Source: Octopus sinensis
Taxonomy: Eukaryota
Assembly (NCBI RefSeq): GCF_006345805.1
Contig: NC_043016.1
Span: 27,528,001 to 27,592,000, forward strand
DNA length: 64,000 nucleotides
Reading direction: 5' to 3'
Shown in pieces: positions 38,214 to 51,992 of the stretch. The translations under genes were made by a program, and so were the position numbers. Position 1 is the first letter of the stretch. Every line of letters starts with the position of its first letter. A model generated the notes under the pieces. The model had not been told where the DNA came from. It did not search any database and saw only the letters and a program-made list of their open reading frames with translations.

Positions 38214-41200
38214 TGTATGTATGTATGTATGTATCATCATCATCGTTTAACATCTGTCTTCCATGCATGCATGGGTAGGACATTGACAGGAGCTGGCCAG
38301 GTAGAAGACTACCCCAAGCTTCTGCATCTGTTTTGGCAGGGATTTTACGGCTGGATGCTGTTTCAAGTGCCAACGACTTTACTGTGTGGACTGGAGCATT
38401 GGAGTGAGCATTGGAGGTGGTGAACCAATGACAGATGATGAAAGGTTAGAGTGTGACAGAGAAATACAGAGGCAGATACAATTGTCCTGCTACAGTGGAG
38501 GCACATGACCACCCAGCAAGAGGGAGAGTGGAGGTGGAGAAAGAGAGGGAGAAGGATAGAAAGAGAGAGGGGAGGAAGAGAGAGGGAGAGGAAGAGAGAG
38601 GGAAAGAGAGAATGAAAGGAAGAGAGAGAGTCAGGGAGAGTGAAGTACAAGAAAGAAGACAAAAGCAGGTGTGTTGATGTAAAGGAGATACCTGGTTACC
38701 CAGTCAAAGGAAAAGCAAGAGAAGGAGAGAGAAAGTGATCAAGAATGAGGGAAGAAACAGGTGTGCTGTTGTAGAGGAGATACATGGCCACCCAGTCATA
38801 GTGAAAAACAAGAGAAAAAAAAAGAGAGTGGGAAACAGCAAAAGTGCAAAAGAAGTGCCAGGGTTTACTCACAAGTAACAAGGACCAGAGTACAAATGTA
38901 ATGGCAGAGTAAGGGAGAGAGCGGCATGAAGGTCACAATATATGTGGTCAGGTATTGCCTAGAAGGCACAAGTAGGAAGTGGGGATTGCAGTAACTGGCA
39001 AAAACCTGGGTAGAAAAATGGAGTAGGGGAAAGGTGTGATACAGTGAGCAGGGCAGTGAGGGCATAGAAGGGGATTGAAAAACAATTATTGTTTATGAAG
39101 AAAAAATGTGAGGAAAAGAAAGACGCAGTTTAGAAGAGGAGATGTAGGGTGTGTGAAAAATTGTTACATGTGGGTAGGACACAATGCTCCTAGCACTCAG
39201 TTATGCTGACGTGGGTGGGTATTCTCTAGAATCTCATATTGCCCAATATCTCGGTGAATTGTTATTTTCTCTATGAGCCCCAACATTCTAAGATCAGACG
39301 TCACTATTTCATCCCATGTCTTCCTAAGTCTCCTTCTTCCACATCTACTTTTAGTGACTGGCACTTCTTTATACAGCTGTCTTTACTCATACACATTACA
39401 TGTCCAAACTAACACATTCTCCTCTCCTGCATGTCACATGTAATCCCTCTTACGCCTATCTTCTCTCTCAACACAGTTGCACTTTGTCAGTCATGCACAC
39501 TGTCTCCAGTCTATGCATGTCCTCCACATTTAGAGCCCATATCAACTACCATGTAATATAGCCATTCTCACACAAGCATCATATAATCTACCTTTCCACT
39601 CTGATAGAAAGTCCTTTTGCTGCCATCAGAGGTAGCAGTTCTCTGATCTTCCTCCATCCTATTCTTATTCTAGAAGCAATACTTTCAGAGCATTCACTAC
39701 CATTACTAATTTGATCACCTAGATAACAGAAACTATCTACTACTCCAAGAGAACCTCCTGGGCATTTGATAGAGTCTAAGTCCCTTGGGCTGTTAATGCT
39801 TATTGTTCCTGTGCATCTACCACACACAAAAGTAATCTTATCTGTTAATTCCACTGCATCTCTTATGTGTCTATTGCTTACACTTGGTGGAGCAAATGGA
39901 ATTACTTCTCACTCCTTTCCAACATATTGAACAGGGCCATTCACCTGATGAAAAGAGTCTTATCTGCTTTCTTGCTAACAAGTTAACTGTAAGGCCCTTT
40001 AATTCCAGGTTTTGCTTCCAAGCCCAGAACTTCTCCAATTCTGCTTCAGATTCTGCAATAAGAGCAGAGTCATCAGCATATAGCAGTTCCTATGGGCATC
40101 CAGTTTTGAATTCTTTTGTTATGGCTTGGATAACTATGATGAGTAAGAGTGGACTAAGAACTGATCCTTGGTGAACACCAAATTCTATGCTAAATTCATC
40201 ACTGTATTCGAAGCCAACTCTCACTTTACTGACAGCATCACTGTACATGGCTTGAATGATTTTAACAAGCCACTCCTCTACTCCTAGCTTTCTTAGAGAC
40301 CACCAGATAAGAGAGCAGAGAACTCTGTTGAAAGCATTCTCCAGGTCAACATTGGTTTACTTTTGGCCAAATACTTTTCCTGCACTTGGAAGATGGCATT
40401 TCTGGTACTTCTCCCTGGAACAAAACCAAACTGCATCTCATTTAGTTTAATTCTTTCTCTAATCAGTTGATATAACCCGCTCTGTAATTTTCATTACCTG
40501 GTCCAGCAGTTTGATACCTCTGTAGTTGTTTCTATCAAAGGTATCACTTTTACCCTTGTAGCAGCTAACTATAATACTACTACATCAGTCTTTGGGAATG
40601 ATGCCTTCTTGAATAACCTGATTAACTATGTGAGTAACTAGGCTGTATCCCACACTGCCTGATATTTTAATCATCTTGGCAGTGATAGCTGATGGTCCAG
40701 GAGCTTTCCCAGTTTTCATATTCTTAATTGCCTTATCTATTATACTGCTATCAACTCTGATGGGTGGTCTGTCAATTGGTTCAATATTTAATAGACTCTC
40801 CTTCTCCCAATCATTCTCCTTTCATAATGGCATCACCATGCATCTTTCCTCTGTGAGTCACTAAGCAAAAGCATATCATTATCCATTTGCACACATTTCA
40901 CACCTACCACATCTCTGATACACTGCTTTGCCTCTGATCCTCGTGTTGTAGAACATTGGTAAACTTCTTACATTCTGCTATTCCTTTTGCTATGTAAACC
41001 TGTAGCCTAGCTTCCCTTCTGGCTCCCTAATATAAAGCTCGGTTTCCACCATTTTTCCGGTCTTTCCAGGCCCATCTCTTTGCTTTTATAGCACTGTCCA
41101 CCTCCTTCTTCCACCACCATGTCACCTTTAGCTTAGCTGGGACTTTGCGCCAACCAACCATAGTTTTGGTCAGAGGTTCCCAGGAAATTGTCCTACAGGA

Positions 41201-41425
41201 CCTTCCAGTTGTCCTTTAAGCTATATGTCCCTTCCTCCTTGTCCTATCTATTATCAGAGGCTTCCAGTAGAATGTCTCTAAATTTCTGTTGGTTTGCTAT
41301 GTCTTTGGGCTTACATAATCTTCTTTTCTTGTGTGGTTTATTTCTCTAAGTCTCTCTAGCACTAACTCTGGAGTCACGATAAACCTGACCATGATAAACA
41401 GTCTCCTGTTGACACAGAGTCACCC

Positions 41426-42415
41426 TTGATTTCTTCCCTGGAGTCGTCCAAACCGAAGGGAACAAAATCGAAGCGGCCAAAGAAGGCGAAGGAACCGGTG
41501 GTCGTTTCTGCACATGATCGTTCCTGTGCGGATTCTTCCTCATCTGCCTTTTCGGTCCCGGAGGTTTCCCAACCTAATTTGAGGAGCGTAGACTCAAACC
41601 CTCCTGAAGACCGTTGTTCTCCCCAAAAGAAGAAACGTAGTCAAAACTCCAGAGGGGCAGATTTGGCTATGAAACCTGATCACGATAAAATCCGTTTGGA
41701 TTCTCCCTCACCTGTCCTTCCCATTAATGCCATTGCTCAACCAATTCTGAACGATCTCGATGGGAGTTCATCTGGGGAGTGGCGCTCCCCCAAACCGAAG
41801 AAGAGGCAGTGCAGTTCCAAACCAGGTGGGAAAATTATGACCACTAAACCCATTCCGATCGACCCCACAGGCCGACATAAGTCCGATGGCTATGAAACCA
41901 CCCTTTTGAAATCCTCCAATGAAGAATCGAATACCACAGCTCATAGTAGAGAACATTTTGCCCACTCAAGATCAGCAATAATTTACGGTAAAGCTGAATC
42001 CACCCGTGATACTGGCATAAACCGCCTAAAAGATGACATTAATTTTGTTTCCATTTTGGTTGGAGAATTGTTCTCTGTGAATGAAAAGGTCAGTGTCCTT
42101 AAGGTCGCTCGGCTAGGAAGATTCCAAGCGAACCCAACCGCAGATACTAGACCACGCCCAATAAGGGTAATCTTTTCTTCTGATCGGGAGGCTTCAGTCT
42201 TTCTGAACAGAGCTCAGACGCATGCCTGGGAGGACCCCAATATGGGTTTTCGCAAGGAATACTCACTAAGAGAGAGAATTCGCCGGAGAAACCTGATATC
42301 CAAACTAAAGATGAGGAAACAAATGGGAGAGAAGGGTTTACGAATCCAAGATGGACAGATAATCAAGTCCTACCTCTGGTCCCATGCTGTAGTGCTGACA
42401 GGGAAAGTGATGTGA
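41426..42415 (+). CDS. LINE ORF1 protein (true start uncertain)
   Basis: 329 codons open; IIYG..ES, RPRPIRV and ER.RRR.L...L..R...GE..L.I..G.I motifs typical of CR1-type ORF1. Confidence 0.8.
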   Translation: MISSLESSKPKGTKSKRPKKAKEPVVVSAHDRSCADSSSSAFSVPEVSQPNLRSVDSNPPEDRCSPQKKKRSQNSRGADLAMKPDHDKIRLDSPSPVLPINAIAQPILNDLDGSSSGEWRSPKPKKRQCSSKPGGKIMTTKPIPIDPTGRHKSDGYETTLLKSSNEESNTTAHSREHFAHSRSAIIYGKAESTRDTGINRLKDDINFVSILVGELFSVNEKVSVLKVARLGRFQANPTADTRPRPIRVIFSSDREASVFLNRAQTHAWEDPNMGFRKEYSLRERIRRRNLISKLKMRKQMGEKGLRIQDGQIIKSYLWSHAVVLTGKVM

Positions 42416-45300
42416 GGGCAAATCGAAGTGAAGTTGATACCCCCGTCAACGATGCTATATCTGATACCCCTTATTCTGCTTGTTCCCCAACTCCCGCCCC
42501 TCAGACTTCACAGCTCAGCATCGTCTACACCAACTCGTGCTCCTTATTCCCAAAGTTCAGTGAACTATTTACACTGGCCATACGTGACTCCCCTGATGTG
42601 ATAGCTATCACCGAGACTTGGCTGACTCCAGCAGTAAAGGACTCAGAAATCCACCTGCAGGGCTACGTCCTTTTCAGATGTGACAGAGGAAAAAGGCGAG
42701 GTGGAGGTGTTGCTGTGTATGTTAAGTCTGACCACAAACCGTCCAACGGTATTCTACCCACTAATGCTCAGCCTACAACAAAATTCGATGCCATCTATTG
42801 CAAGCTGAGCCTATCTGAGTTTTGCCTGCCCGTGTTGGCTGTCTACAGGCCGCCTCTTGCCGACCCCCAGGACGATGCACATTTACTCGAAGCGATAAGA
42901 TTTGTTTCAGCTTCGCATGACTGTTTGGTACTAGGAGACTTCAACGCTCCCACGATCGATTGGCCCGCATCAATTTGTACAACATCTTCCCGGTTCGGCC
43001 AGGCCCTTCTTGACGTGGCTGAAGATTGTTTTCTATCGCAACATGTTGAATATCCGACAAGGCATCGGTCTGGGCAGCAGCCATCTATGCTAGATCTGGT
43101 ATTCTCCCGCTATCCAAGATCAGTGTCAGACGTATCTGTGTGCGCCCCTCTTGCCAAGAGTGATCATGCAGTCCTGAAGTTCGTCATGCACACAACTTTT
43201 TCTGCACCCACGACTACTTCGCTGCCACGTAGAGTCTTCTCTGCAATTAATCTTGAAATTCTAACCGAGGCTTCCGCGCTTCTGGACTGGCGATCCCTGA
43301 TGACGTTGTCCTCAGTTGACGAACTATGGTCATCCCTCAAAGCATATGTAATCTGTTTGACTGACCAGGCAGTTCCCGTTGGGCTTCCCAAGAGGAAGAA
43401 ACACAAGCCCTGGGTGACAAAGAGGGTTAAACGAGAACGTCGACTCAGAGATATTGCTTGGGCTGAATTCAAAAATCTGGATTCGACTGCAGCTTTTGAG
43501 GTGTACAAAACACAACGAGACCGAGCCGTGAAAATCGAAAAGAAAGAACGCTTCAGTTATGAATACAAAATCGCGGCAAATGCCAGTAGCAATCCAAAAA
43601 CCTTCTTTGCCCATGTCCAGCGGAATTCCCGCTTGAACAACCAGATTGCAACGTTGGTAGACTCAACAGGCGTATCGATTGAGGACCCTTATCAACAGAG
43701 TCAATTATTTGTCGAGGCTTTTTCAACTATTTTCAAACAAGATGATGGTCGTGAACCCCCTCCATTTGATAGATCGGTACCTCCAATGCTTCGATTGGTC
43801 ATCACGCGGGACGAAGTCAAACGTGTTATTCAAGGCCTCGATGTCAACAAGTGTCACGGCCCTGACGGCATACACCCACGGGTTATCAAAGCGTTGGCTC
43901 CGGTCATCTGCGAGCCCTTAACGCGACTATTCAATATGTCATTGGCGACGGGTGTTATACCTGCAGACTGGAGAACAGCGATAATCTGCCCAATTTTCAA
44001 GAAAGGGAGCCGCGAAGACCCGCTTAACTACCGACCGGTTTCCCTTACATCAATAATCAGCTAGATGTTCGAAACCATCCTTAAGAAAAGTATGATGCTC
44101 CACCTCCTAAACACAGCCTCTATCTCTGATTCCCAACACGGCTTCATGCCGAAGAGATCATGCTTGACCAACTTACTAGTAATGGAAGAATTGGTGACGC
44201 ACATCCTCGATGATAGTGATGCAGTTGACATTGTTTTACTGGACTTTGCCAAAGCTTTTGACTCGGTAAACCACCGCCTATTACTTGTCAAGCTTCAGGC
44301 ATATAGTTTCCATCCGGATATTGTACGATGGGTTGGTGCCTTCCTCTCAGATCGCTCCTTCCAAGTCCAAGTTAATGGTTCGCGGTCCGACGTCTCCAGT
44401 GCGAGCAGTGGCATGCCTCAAGGTTCAGTGCTTGGGCCCTTGTTGTTCTTAGTCTTCATAAATGACTTGCCCAACGACCTCACGCAACACACCCTTCTAT
44501 TTGCCGATGATATCAAACTGGTCGCTCCTCGCGGTAATATAGAGGATCTTCGTCGATGCCTCCACCAAATTTGGAAGTGGTCTAACGATTGGGACCTGTG
44601 TCTGAACGTGTCAAAGTGCTGTCATCTGCCTGTCGGCTCTACTCCTGCAACTCAACTTGATTTCGAGCCGGGTCGTCTGCTGCTGGAGAGGACCGATCAG
44701 GTAAAGGACCTAGGTATCTTGGTGGATTCCTCCTTTTCGCCTTCGGCCCAGTGCGTCCATGCTGCCAACAAAGCACGCGGAATTCTGTTCTTGATTCGAC
44801 GGTCATTCGGAATGCTCACAGCAGCCATATTCCTACCACTCTATGTCATGCTGGTGAGACCCATATTGGAGTATGGGATTCAAGCCTCTTCTCCTTATCT
44901 CCTCAAAGACATACAGCATCTCGAAAGAGTCCAGAAGCTGGCTACCCGCATGGTTCATGGTCTCAAAAATTTGTCCTACGAAGAAAGGCTGAGGAAGCTC
45001 GACCTTTATTCTCTTGAAAAACGCCGCCGCCGTAGTGATCTCATTCTCGCCCACAACATCATAAGCGGAAAGTGTAACCTCTCGAAAGAGCTGTTCTTCA
45101 CTCCTGCTCCAGAGTGTCGGCTGCGGGGTCATTCCGAAAAGCTCTACCTGCGACGATTTCATCTCAATCGAAGGAGAGGAGCTTTCTCCGTCCGGGTTGC
45201 GGATCCGTGGAACAAGCTGCCAGACGAGATGGTAAAGATGCCGATGACCGCTTTGTTCAAAGCCTCCCTGGACCTCAAGTGGCCTGAACTCTTTACATGA
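42412..45300 (+). pseudogene. ORF2 AP-endonuclease/reverse transcriptase with one in-frame TAG (44062-44064)
   Basis: ITETWL, GDFN, SDH, NYRPVSLTS, LDFAKAFD, PQGSVLGP and FADD; the two ORF-track pieces share one frame. Confidence 0.92.
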
Positions 45301-46320
45301 ACACCACCCTGTACTTAACTCCATGTCCCCTTACATGGCCTTGCTATTTGCTTTTGAGCCAAATTAACTAACTAACTAACTAAGTCACAAACTAGTAGCC
45401 TATGTTTGGGTGTACACTTTTCCCCTGGGAAAGACTTTGTATTTGTGAACATCAACCTATCTCATTGCCTGGTGAGAATATAATTAACCTGGCTTATGTT
45501 TCCATCAGACTGATAAGTGATCAGGTAGCTGGCTGGTTTTCTGAAGTTAGTGTTGCAGATCATGAGATCATTTGCATCACAGAACTCCAGTAAGTTTGTT
45601 CCCCCCTCTTTCCTTAGGCCTAAAAGATAACTATCACGTACACCATGGAATTCATGGGAATGCTGCACAACATGTCCATTAAAGTTGCCAGCTACAATAA
45701 TGAAGTCTCTGTCATTTGTCACTGAGGTAGTCTGCAAAAGGACCTCATAGAATTGGTCCTTCTGATTATTAGCCCAGCCTGTGGAACATAGGCAGAGGTA
45801 AATGTAACCGTTAATCTATCAATGATAAGTCTCAGCTTAACCCTATCATATACTCTGACAACCTCAATTATCTTATCTATACAATTTTCTGCTAAGAGTA
45901 TTCCCATACCACTCACATTGATCTGGTGATGCTCCATCATTTCAATAATCTCACCAGGTCTCTCCTTCATTATACCAATGTTGATGGTTGTAGCCCTAAA
46001 AATGTGTACTAGGGGCTTTTGTCTGTGTCTGAAAGGGAGATCTGTGCAAACACTTGCTAGGTAGTGTAGAACCTTGGTACATCATGCATTTGATTCAATG
46101 AAGCATAATTTCCTCATTCTCATACAGCATCCAGATCAAGGGCCAGTAAGAGTGGGGTAGGAAGAGCATGATGTAGTCTTATATGTCTACATACGTACCT
46201 TGGCACATCTTGTATTCAATTCAATGAAGTACAATTTCCTCACTCCCAGAATAAGAACCAGTACAGAAGAGGTAAGAATGGCATGAAAGTTGTCATATAG
46301 TCCATATATATATAATATAT

Positions 46321-46364
<44 letters not shown>

Positions 46365-46370
46365 CATATA

Positions 46371-46638
46371 CAGTAATCCCTCAACTATTGAGGGTGTTAC
46401 ATTCCAAACCCCACCTCCCCATGATAGGTGAAAATCCGTGAAGTAGAAACAGTACTGTACTGAATTTTTTAAAATTATTTCTATAATTTGTATATATTTA
46501 TTTTATTATAAATGCAAAGCAACATCATGGAGGAATCGACATAAGCTTAAATAATAAACTGTAATAGGTGAACCACGATTGGTAAACTGTGATAGGTGAA
46601 CCATGATAGGTGATCAGTGATATGGTGCGGGATTACTT
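46371..46638. mobile_element. Tigger/pogo-type MITE
   Basis: TA|CAGTAATCCC...GGGATTACTT|TA with internal GATAGGTGAA repeats. Confidence 0.7.
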
Positions 46639-47137
46639 TATACAATATTAACCTTATATGTCTACATATCCAAACACTACACAACATAGTATGAATCTTA
46701 CATATTCATCCATACAGGCACACACACATACAGACATACCCCTATACATACACACATATACCCACATACACATATATACATATACGCATATGAACATGCA
46801 GTCCACATGTAGATGTACATACATTTGTACACATACATATACTTATATAAAGTAACACTAAAAGTGTTACTCATGTTCTATGGATGCAAATTGTCTCTTG
46901 CTGGTGCTTTAACAAACTTTTTGGCAAATGGAACAAGGTGAGGACTCAGTTTGCTTGAGTGCTTGTGAGTCATTTGCTAGGTGTTTTCTTGATGGATGGC
47001 AAGGCCTACTTTGCTTTATACCACAAAACCGCAATGACAGGTAAAGTTTCCATTTAGAGGAGCAGTGTTTTACTACCGTACCTTCATGTATCTATGTATG
47101 TATAACAGTGATGATGATGATGATGATGATATATAAA

Positions 47138-48369
47138 TTGGGTCATCCCATAAATAATATAGTTCTTTAATTTTTCTAATTTTTCAAAAGTAAGAAAAAA
47201 CAAACTTCTTTTTTATTCTAAAATATACTCTCCTTAATTTTCTACAATGCTCTTCTATCTATCAGGTAGACTCACAAGGCCCCCTCTTCCAAAATTCACT
47301 TGTCCATGATGAAAAATACTTCTCCGGTACCTCGTTTACAGAATTCATATTTTTTCTGTCCTAATGATTTTGAAGACTGCAGATGGGGCAATATCTGGTG
47401 AATATGGTGGGTGCGGCATCGTTTCCCATTCAAAGTACTCCAGTCTTTGGAATGTCATCCTTGCTGTATGTGGTCAAGCATTATCCTGATGAAAGAACAC
47501 CTTTCATCTTGAAACCAAAGATGGTCGTTTTTCTTCTAGCTCTGACTTAAGCCACTCAAGCTGTTCAAAGTAGGTCTCCTTTGTTATCATTTGGCTGGGG
47601 TTTAAACGTTCAAAGGGGACTAAACCTTTCATATCCCACCAAACAGATAACAACACCTTATGTAGGTGAAGACCTTCTTTAGCCTGGGGTACTGGTGTTT
47701 CTCTTTTCCCTACCCACTGACATTTATATAGAGAATCCAATTCTCATCACCAAAAAAGGTTCATTTGTGAGACATGACAGCAAAGAAAAGCACACTTTCA
47801 CTCTCTGCATGTGATTAAACTCGAAAAATTGGTGAGGAATCCATTGAACTAATTTGCTGACTTTTCTGATGGCACGCAGGTGTTGATGAATGGTTCAATG
47901 ACCAAATCTAAGTTTCTCTGCTAGGTCTTCAACAGTTATGATGAGATTTTCTTCCACCAGGGTTTGCAGGACGTCCTCATTGAGCTCTACAGATCCTTCA
48001 GGATAAGGCTCATCTTCCAGGCTGCAGTTTCCAGCTCAGATTTTCTGGAACCACCAATGACACTGGCTTATGTTTATTGCCAAATCCCCATATACTGCAT
48101 TAATATTCCTCGCACTTCCCATTGCGTCATTGCTTTTATTGAACTCATAAAACAAAATATGCCGAATATGCTCCTTTGTCACTTCCATTAAAGCTTTGAA
48201 AAAATAACTGTTAAAATTAAATTGTACTCTTCAGAACTTGCGCTAAGAATGACAAGGTAAAATTACTACATGTTTTTATAGCAAGTTGCTGCAGATAGTT
48301 TGTCCTGTCCCCCTTGGACTTTTAATTCAGGCAACTGAAAAAAACCGCATTATTTATGGGATGACCCAA
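47138..48369 (-). mobile_element. Full-length decayed mariner
   Basis: TIRs TTGGGTCATCCCATAAATAA/TTATTTATGGGATGACCCAA; KVLLSVWWD and HPPYSPD motifs. Confidence 0.9.
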
Positions 48370-48394
48370 TATATAAGCATGCATGTATGTATGT

Positions 48395-48556
48395 AGGCGT
48401 AGGAGTGGCTGTGTGGTAAGTAGCTTGCTTACCAACCACATGGTTCTGGGTTTGGTCCCACTGCATGGCACCTTGGGCAAGTGTCTTCTGCTATAGCCTC
48501 AGGCTGACCAAAGCCTTGTGAGTGAATTTGGTAGACAGAAACTGAAAGAAGCCCGT

Positions 48557-48601
<45 letters not shown>

Positions 48602-48820
48602 GTGTGTATGTTTGTGTGTCTGTGTTTGTCCCCCCAACATCACTTGACAACTGATGCTGGTGTGTTTACGTCCCCGTAACTTAGCGGTTCGGCAAAAGAG
48701 ACCGATAGAATAAGTACTAGGCTTACAAAGAATAAGTCCTGGGGTCGATTTGCTTGACTAAAGACAGTGCTCCAGCATGGCTGCAGTCAAATGACTGAAA
48801 CAAGTAAAAGAGTAAAAGAA
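48395..48820 (+). mobile_element. SINE family A, full length
   Basis: Matches 25463-25865. Confidence 0.88.
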
Positions 48821-49084
48821 TATAAGAGTATGTATGTATGTATGTATGTATGTATATAAGTATACATACATGCATGCATGTATGTATTTGTGTGTGTGTA
48901 CATGTTTGTATGTATATGGTAATGTGTCCTTTCCCTGATATTGTGCAGTAGTTGTAAGCTAGTGTCACTGTCATGATAGCAGTCTTTCATTTCCAATCTA
49001 CCAAGACATGTGGTCATGGGGGAAAATATTACCTTGCTTGGAAACAGGTGAAGATTGATAACAGGAAGGGCATCTGGTCATATA

Positions 49085-49570
49085 CATACCAGCTAAAAAG
49101 CTAATAGGCTGACCAAGACATTCTCATCAAGTGTGACCAAATGAGGTTTATTTTTCAACATAGTTCCCCTTGCAGTACACATACTTCTTCCATTGGTGTT
49201 GTAGTATTTGGATCCCATTCATGTGTTGATCGAAAAGGTCATCATTAGCAGATATGACATTATCATCACTGCATTACAATACTGGTTCCCAGCCAAGCGT
49301 TTTTTCATGTTGGAGAACAAATGATAGTCAACTAGGACCAAATCAAGAGAACAGATAGGGAGATCAACTATCTCAAAGGCACAGTCATGCACAACAGCCA
49401 TTGAAACCAGAAATTTGTGTGCTGGAGCATTGTCTTGATAAAACAAGACCCTTCAATCAGTTTTCCTGAGCATTTGGTCTCGATAGGCTTTCATAACTCC
49501 CCTCAGCAAGTTGGCATAGTACCCACCATTGATGATGTGGCCCTCTTGAAGATAGTCAATAAACACAATG
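49085..49570 (-). pseudogene. Mariner 3' fragment (different subfamily)
   Basis: QDNAPAHK...DYHLFSNMKKRLAG. Confidence 0.75.
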
Positions 49571-50062
49571 TCTGTGAGAGGATCCATTACAATTGTAGGA
49601 AAAAACATCAATTGAATAACGAAATCAAAGAGAGGTTATCTTCATTACTTAGGAAAATAACCAGAGATGGTGATAGAAAGAGAATCCAACAAGATCTAGT
49701 GTTAACAACAAACAAGATGAGGACAAATATCCGTCAACTGAAAATAATGTAAATAATGTACATAATTCCTCATCTCTTAAATATAGAACTGTTTGTTTGT
49801 TATTCCACAGAATAAAGGAGAAACATCCTTAATCTAATGTAGGATCATCTCAAAAGTATGTTCACTAATATAGATGTAGGAGTGGGTGTGTGGTAAGTAG
49901 CTTATTTACAAACCACATAGTTCCAGGTTCAGTCCCACTGCATGGAACCTTGGGCAAGTGTCTTCTACTATAGCCTTAGGTGACCAAAGCCTTGTAAGTG
50001 GATTTGGTAGACAGAAACTGAAAGAAGCCCGTCATATATATGTGTGTATATATATATATATA

Positions 50063-51196
50063 CTAGCAGCATAGCCCAGCGTTGCCCAGGTATGTAAGAG
50101 CCCCTAGTAGGCAACAACTAATCCCAATCTAGTCCTTTCCCTCTAGGGAACGAAGGCGCATGTGTAGGTTGCAATGTCTTCTCTTCACTCCCAAATAACT
50201 ATCAAACAGCTATTGATAATTCAACCCAACCAATTCCTACCAGGAAGAAATTACATTCAAGACTTTCTGCTAATAGCTGCTGCAGCCGCAAGTTATTCGG
50301 ATACTTTTTTTGTTTAAACTTTCTTTATAACTACCACCCCAAACGTTTTACCTTAAATTTTTGACATACCCTAAGGGTCCTCAGATGCTACTTGCAAACT
50401 CTTGGTTTATTATAAACTGCTTTTGTCGTGTGCACCAAAAAACCTTTTCTATTCGTTTGTTCAGTTTGGTCACTTTTGACTTTTTCGTTGTTGTCACTCA
50501 CATTGCTGCCTGCTTTTTTGCCGTTTTTGTATATTTTTATACATTTTGGGATACTTACTCCACGTGTTCCGAGAGTTAAAAAGGTCGAGTTGCGTCCCCT
50601 AGACTGTCTGTGGTTTGTGTTTAATACACAAATCGGTTTGCTATGTGTGCCACATATGATTTAATTAACCGATTTTTTCCAGTAATAAAGTATCCTATTG
50701 GAATAAAAAGGGCCATATAGCTCCTTGGAGCAGACATGATGCTCGCTGTGAATTTTTAAAAAATTCCTGCCGATTTATGAAAGATATTGTCGAAAATATG
50801 TCATCTTGAATTTGAACGCGATTTCCTAAAATGGCATGATTTTATCGATTTTTTCTGATGGTAAGGTATTGCATGGAAAACTAACGTCAGAATTAAGTTT
50901 CTTAGGGTAACATTAAGCTTCACCATGAGTTTGGTGAAAATCGATTGCAAGTTGTGAAAACTACAACAGAAAATGCGTTGCATATAAAAAGCTTAGATTC
51001 TCGACCCCATGTCGAATTTATCGATTTTTTCAGAACTCGGGGAACTTTTCAAAATTTTCGCTACGTTAGTTTTGAATTATGACATTGGGATATGTGTGTG
51101 TTAAGTTTCATCAGAATCTCAGAATCGGTTGAAAGCCGTGGTCAGGGTGAGGGTACAACTTGACAGACACACAGACGCACAGACAGACAAACTGCC

Positions 51197-51205
<9 letters not shown>
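50063..51205 (-). mobile_element. Helitron-like element
   Basis: A|CTAGCAGCATAGCCCAGCGTTGCCCAGG end resembles 22877; other end (CAGA)n...ATTTATATATAT. Confidence 0.7.
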
Positions 51206-51240
<35 letters not shown>

Positions 51241-51492
51241 TACAAATAAGGATGAAGTTTTTTTAAAGAAAAAATTCCATCAAAAAATGTGGCAGCATAT
51301 TAAAATACCTTTAAGGTTAAAATTATAAACAACTTATAAATAAGGGCTAAAGAAAATGATTTCTATGCCAATATGCTGATAACAGATTTTTAAATCATCA
51401 ATTTCCACATATTATTTACTCATTACAGAAAACACGTAGAGCTGAAAATGAGGAAAGCCAGCCAATAGAATTTTTTTAAAAAGCTCGTTATT

Positions 51493-51551
51493 CCTATATT
51501 AAATCAATTTTGGAATTAATCTCATAATAGATTTTTTCCTCTTCAGTAGAA
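51493..51551 (-). ncRNA. Hammerhead copy with a GAAA>AAAA core mutation
   Basis: Reverse complement of 51993-52052 with a few changes. Confidence 0.6.
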
Positions 51552-51992
51552 AATATGAAAAGAAATTCTATTGGCTGGCTTTCCTCGTTTTCAGCTCTAC
51601 GTGTTTTCTGTAGCGAGTAAATAATATGTGGAAATTGACGATTGAAAAGTCTGTTATCAGCATTTTGGCATAGAAATCATTTTCTTTAGCCCTTATTTAT
51701 AAGTTGTTTATAATTTTAACCTTAAAGGTATTTTAATATGCTGCCACATTTTTTGATGGAATTTTTTTCTGTAAAAAAACTTCATCCTATATTAGTAGTA
51801 AACTTATTACTATTCGCTATAGGGACTGGTAACCACTATAAGCTGTAGTGGAGAACAGTTCACACGTGTGCTGAGGCTGACCAAAGGATTTTATTTTTAG
51901 ATATATCTGGGGTACTTATATGTACTCATGATTTTTGCTTTGGCTTTTTTCCATGGGTGCATGTAAGTATCTTATTTATGTCTTTTTGTATT

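Larger units (their letters stand above)
41353..45379 (+). mobile_element. Nearly intact CR1/L2-group LINE
   Basis: CTAAGTC TSD (41346-41352/45380-45386), ORF1, APE-RT ORF2, (TAAC)n tail. Confidence 0.93.
39235..46000 (-). pseudogene. Old near-full-length RTE LINE split by a CR1-like element
   Basis: RT motifs at 39.6-40.7 kb, endonuclease motifs (AGNFNGHV, NTNFRK, QVNYIL) at 45.4-46.0 kb; the PKHRLLVCDL segment rejoins across the insertion. Confidence 0.85.
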
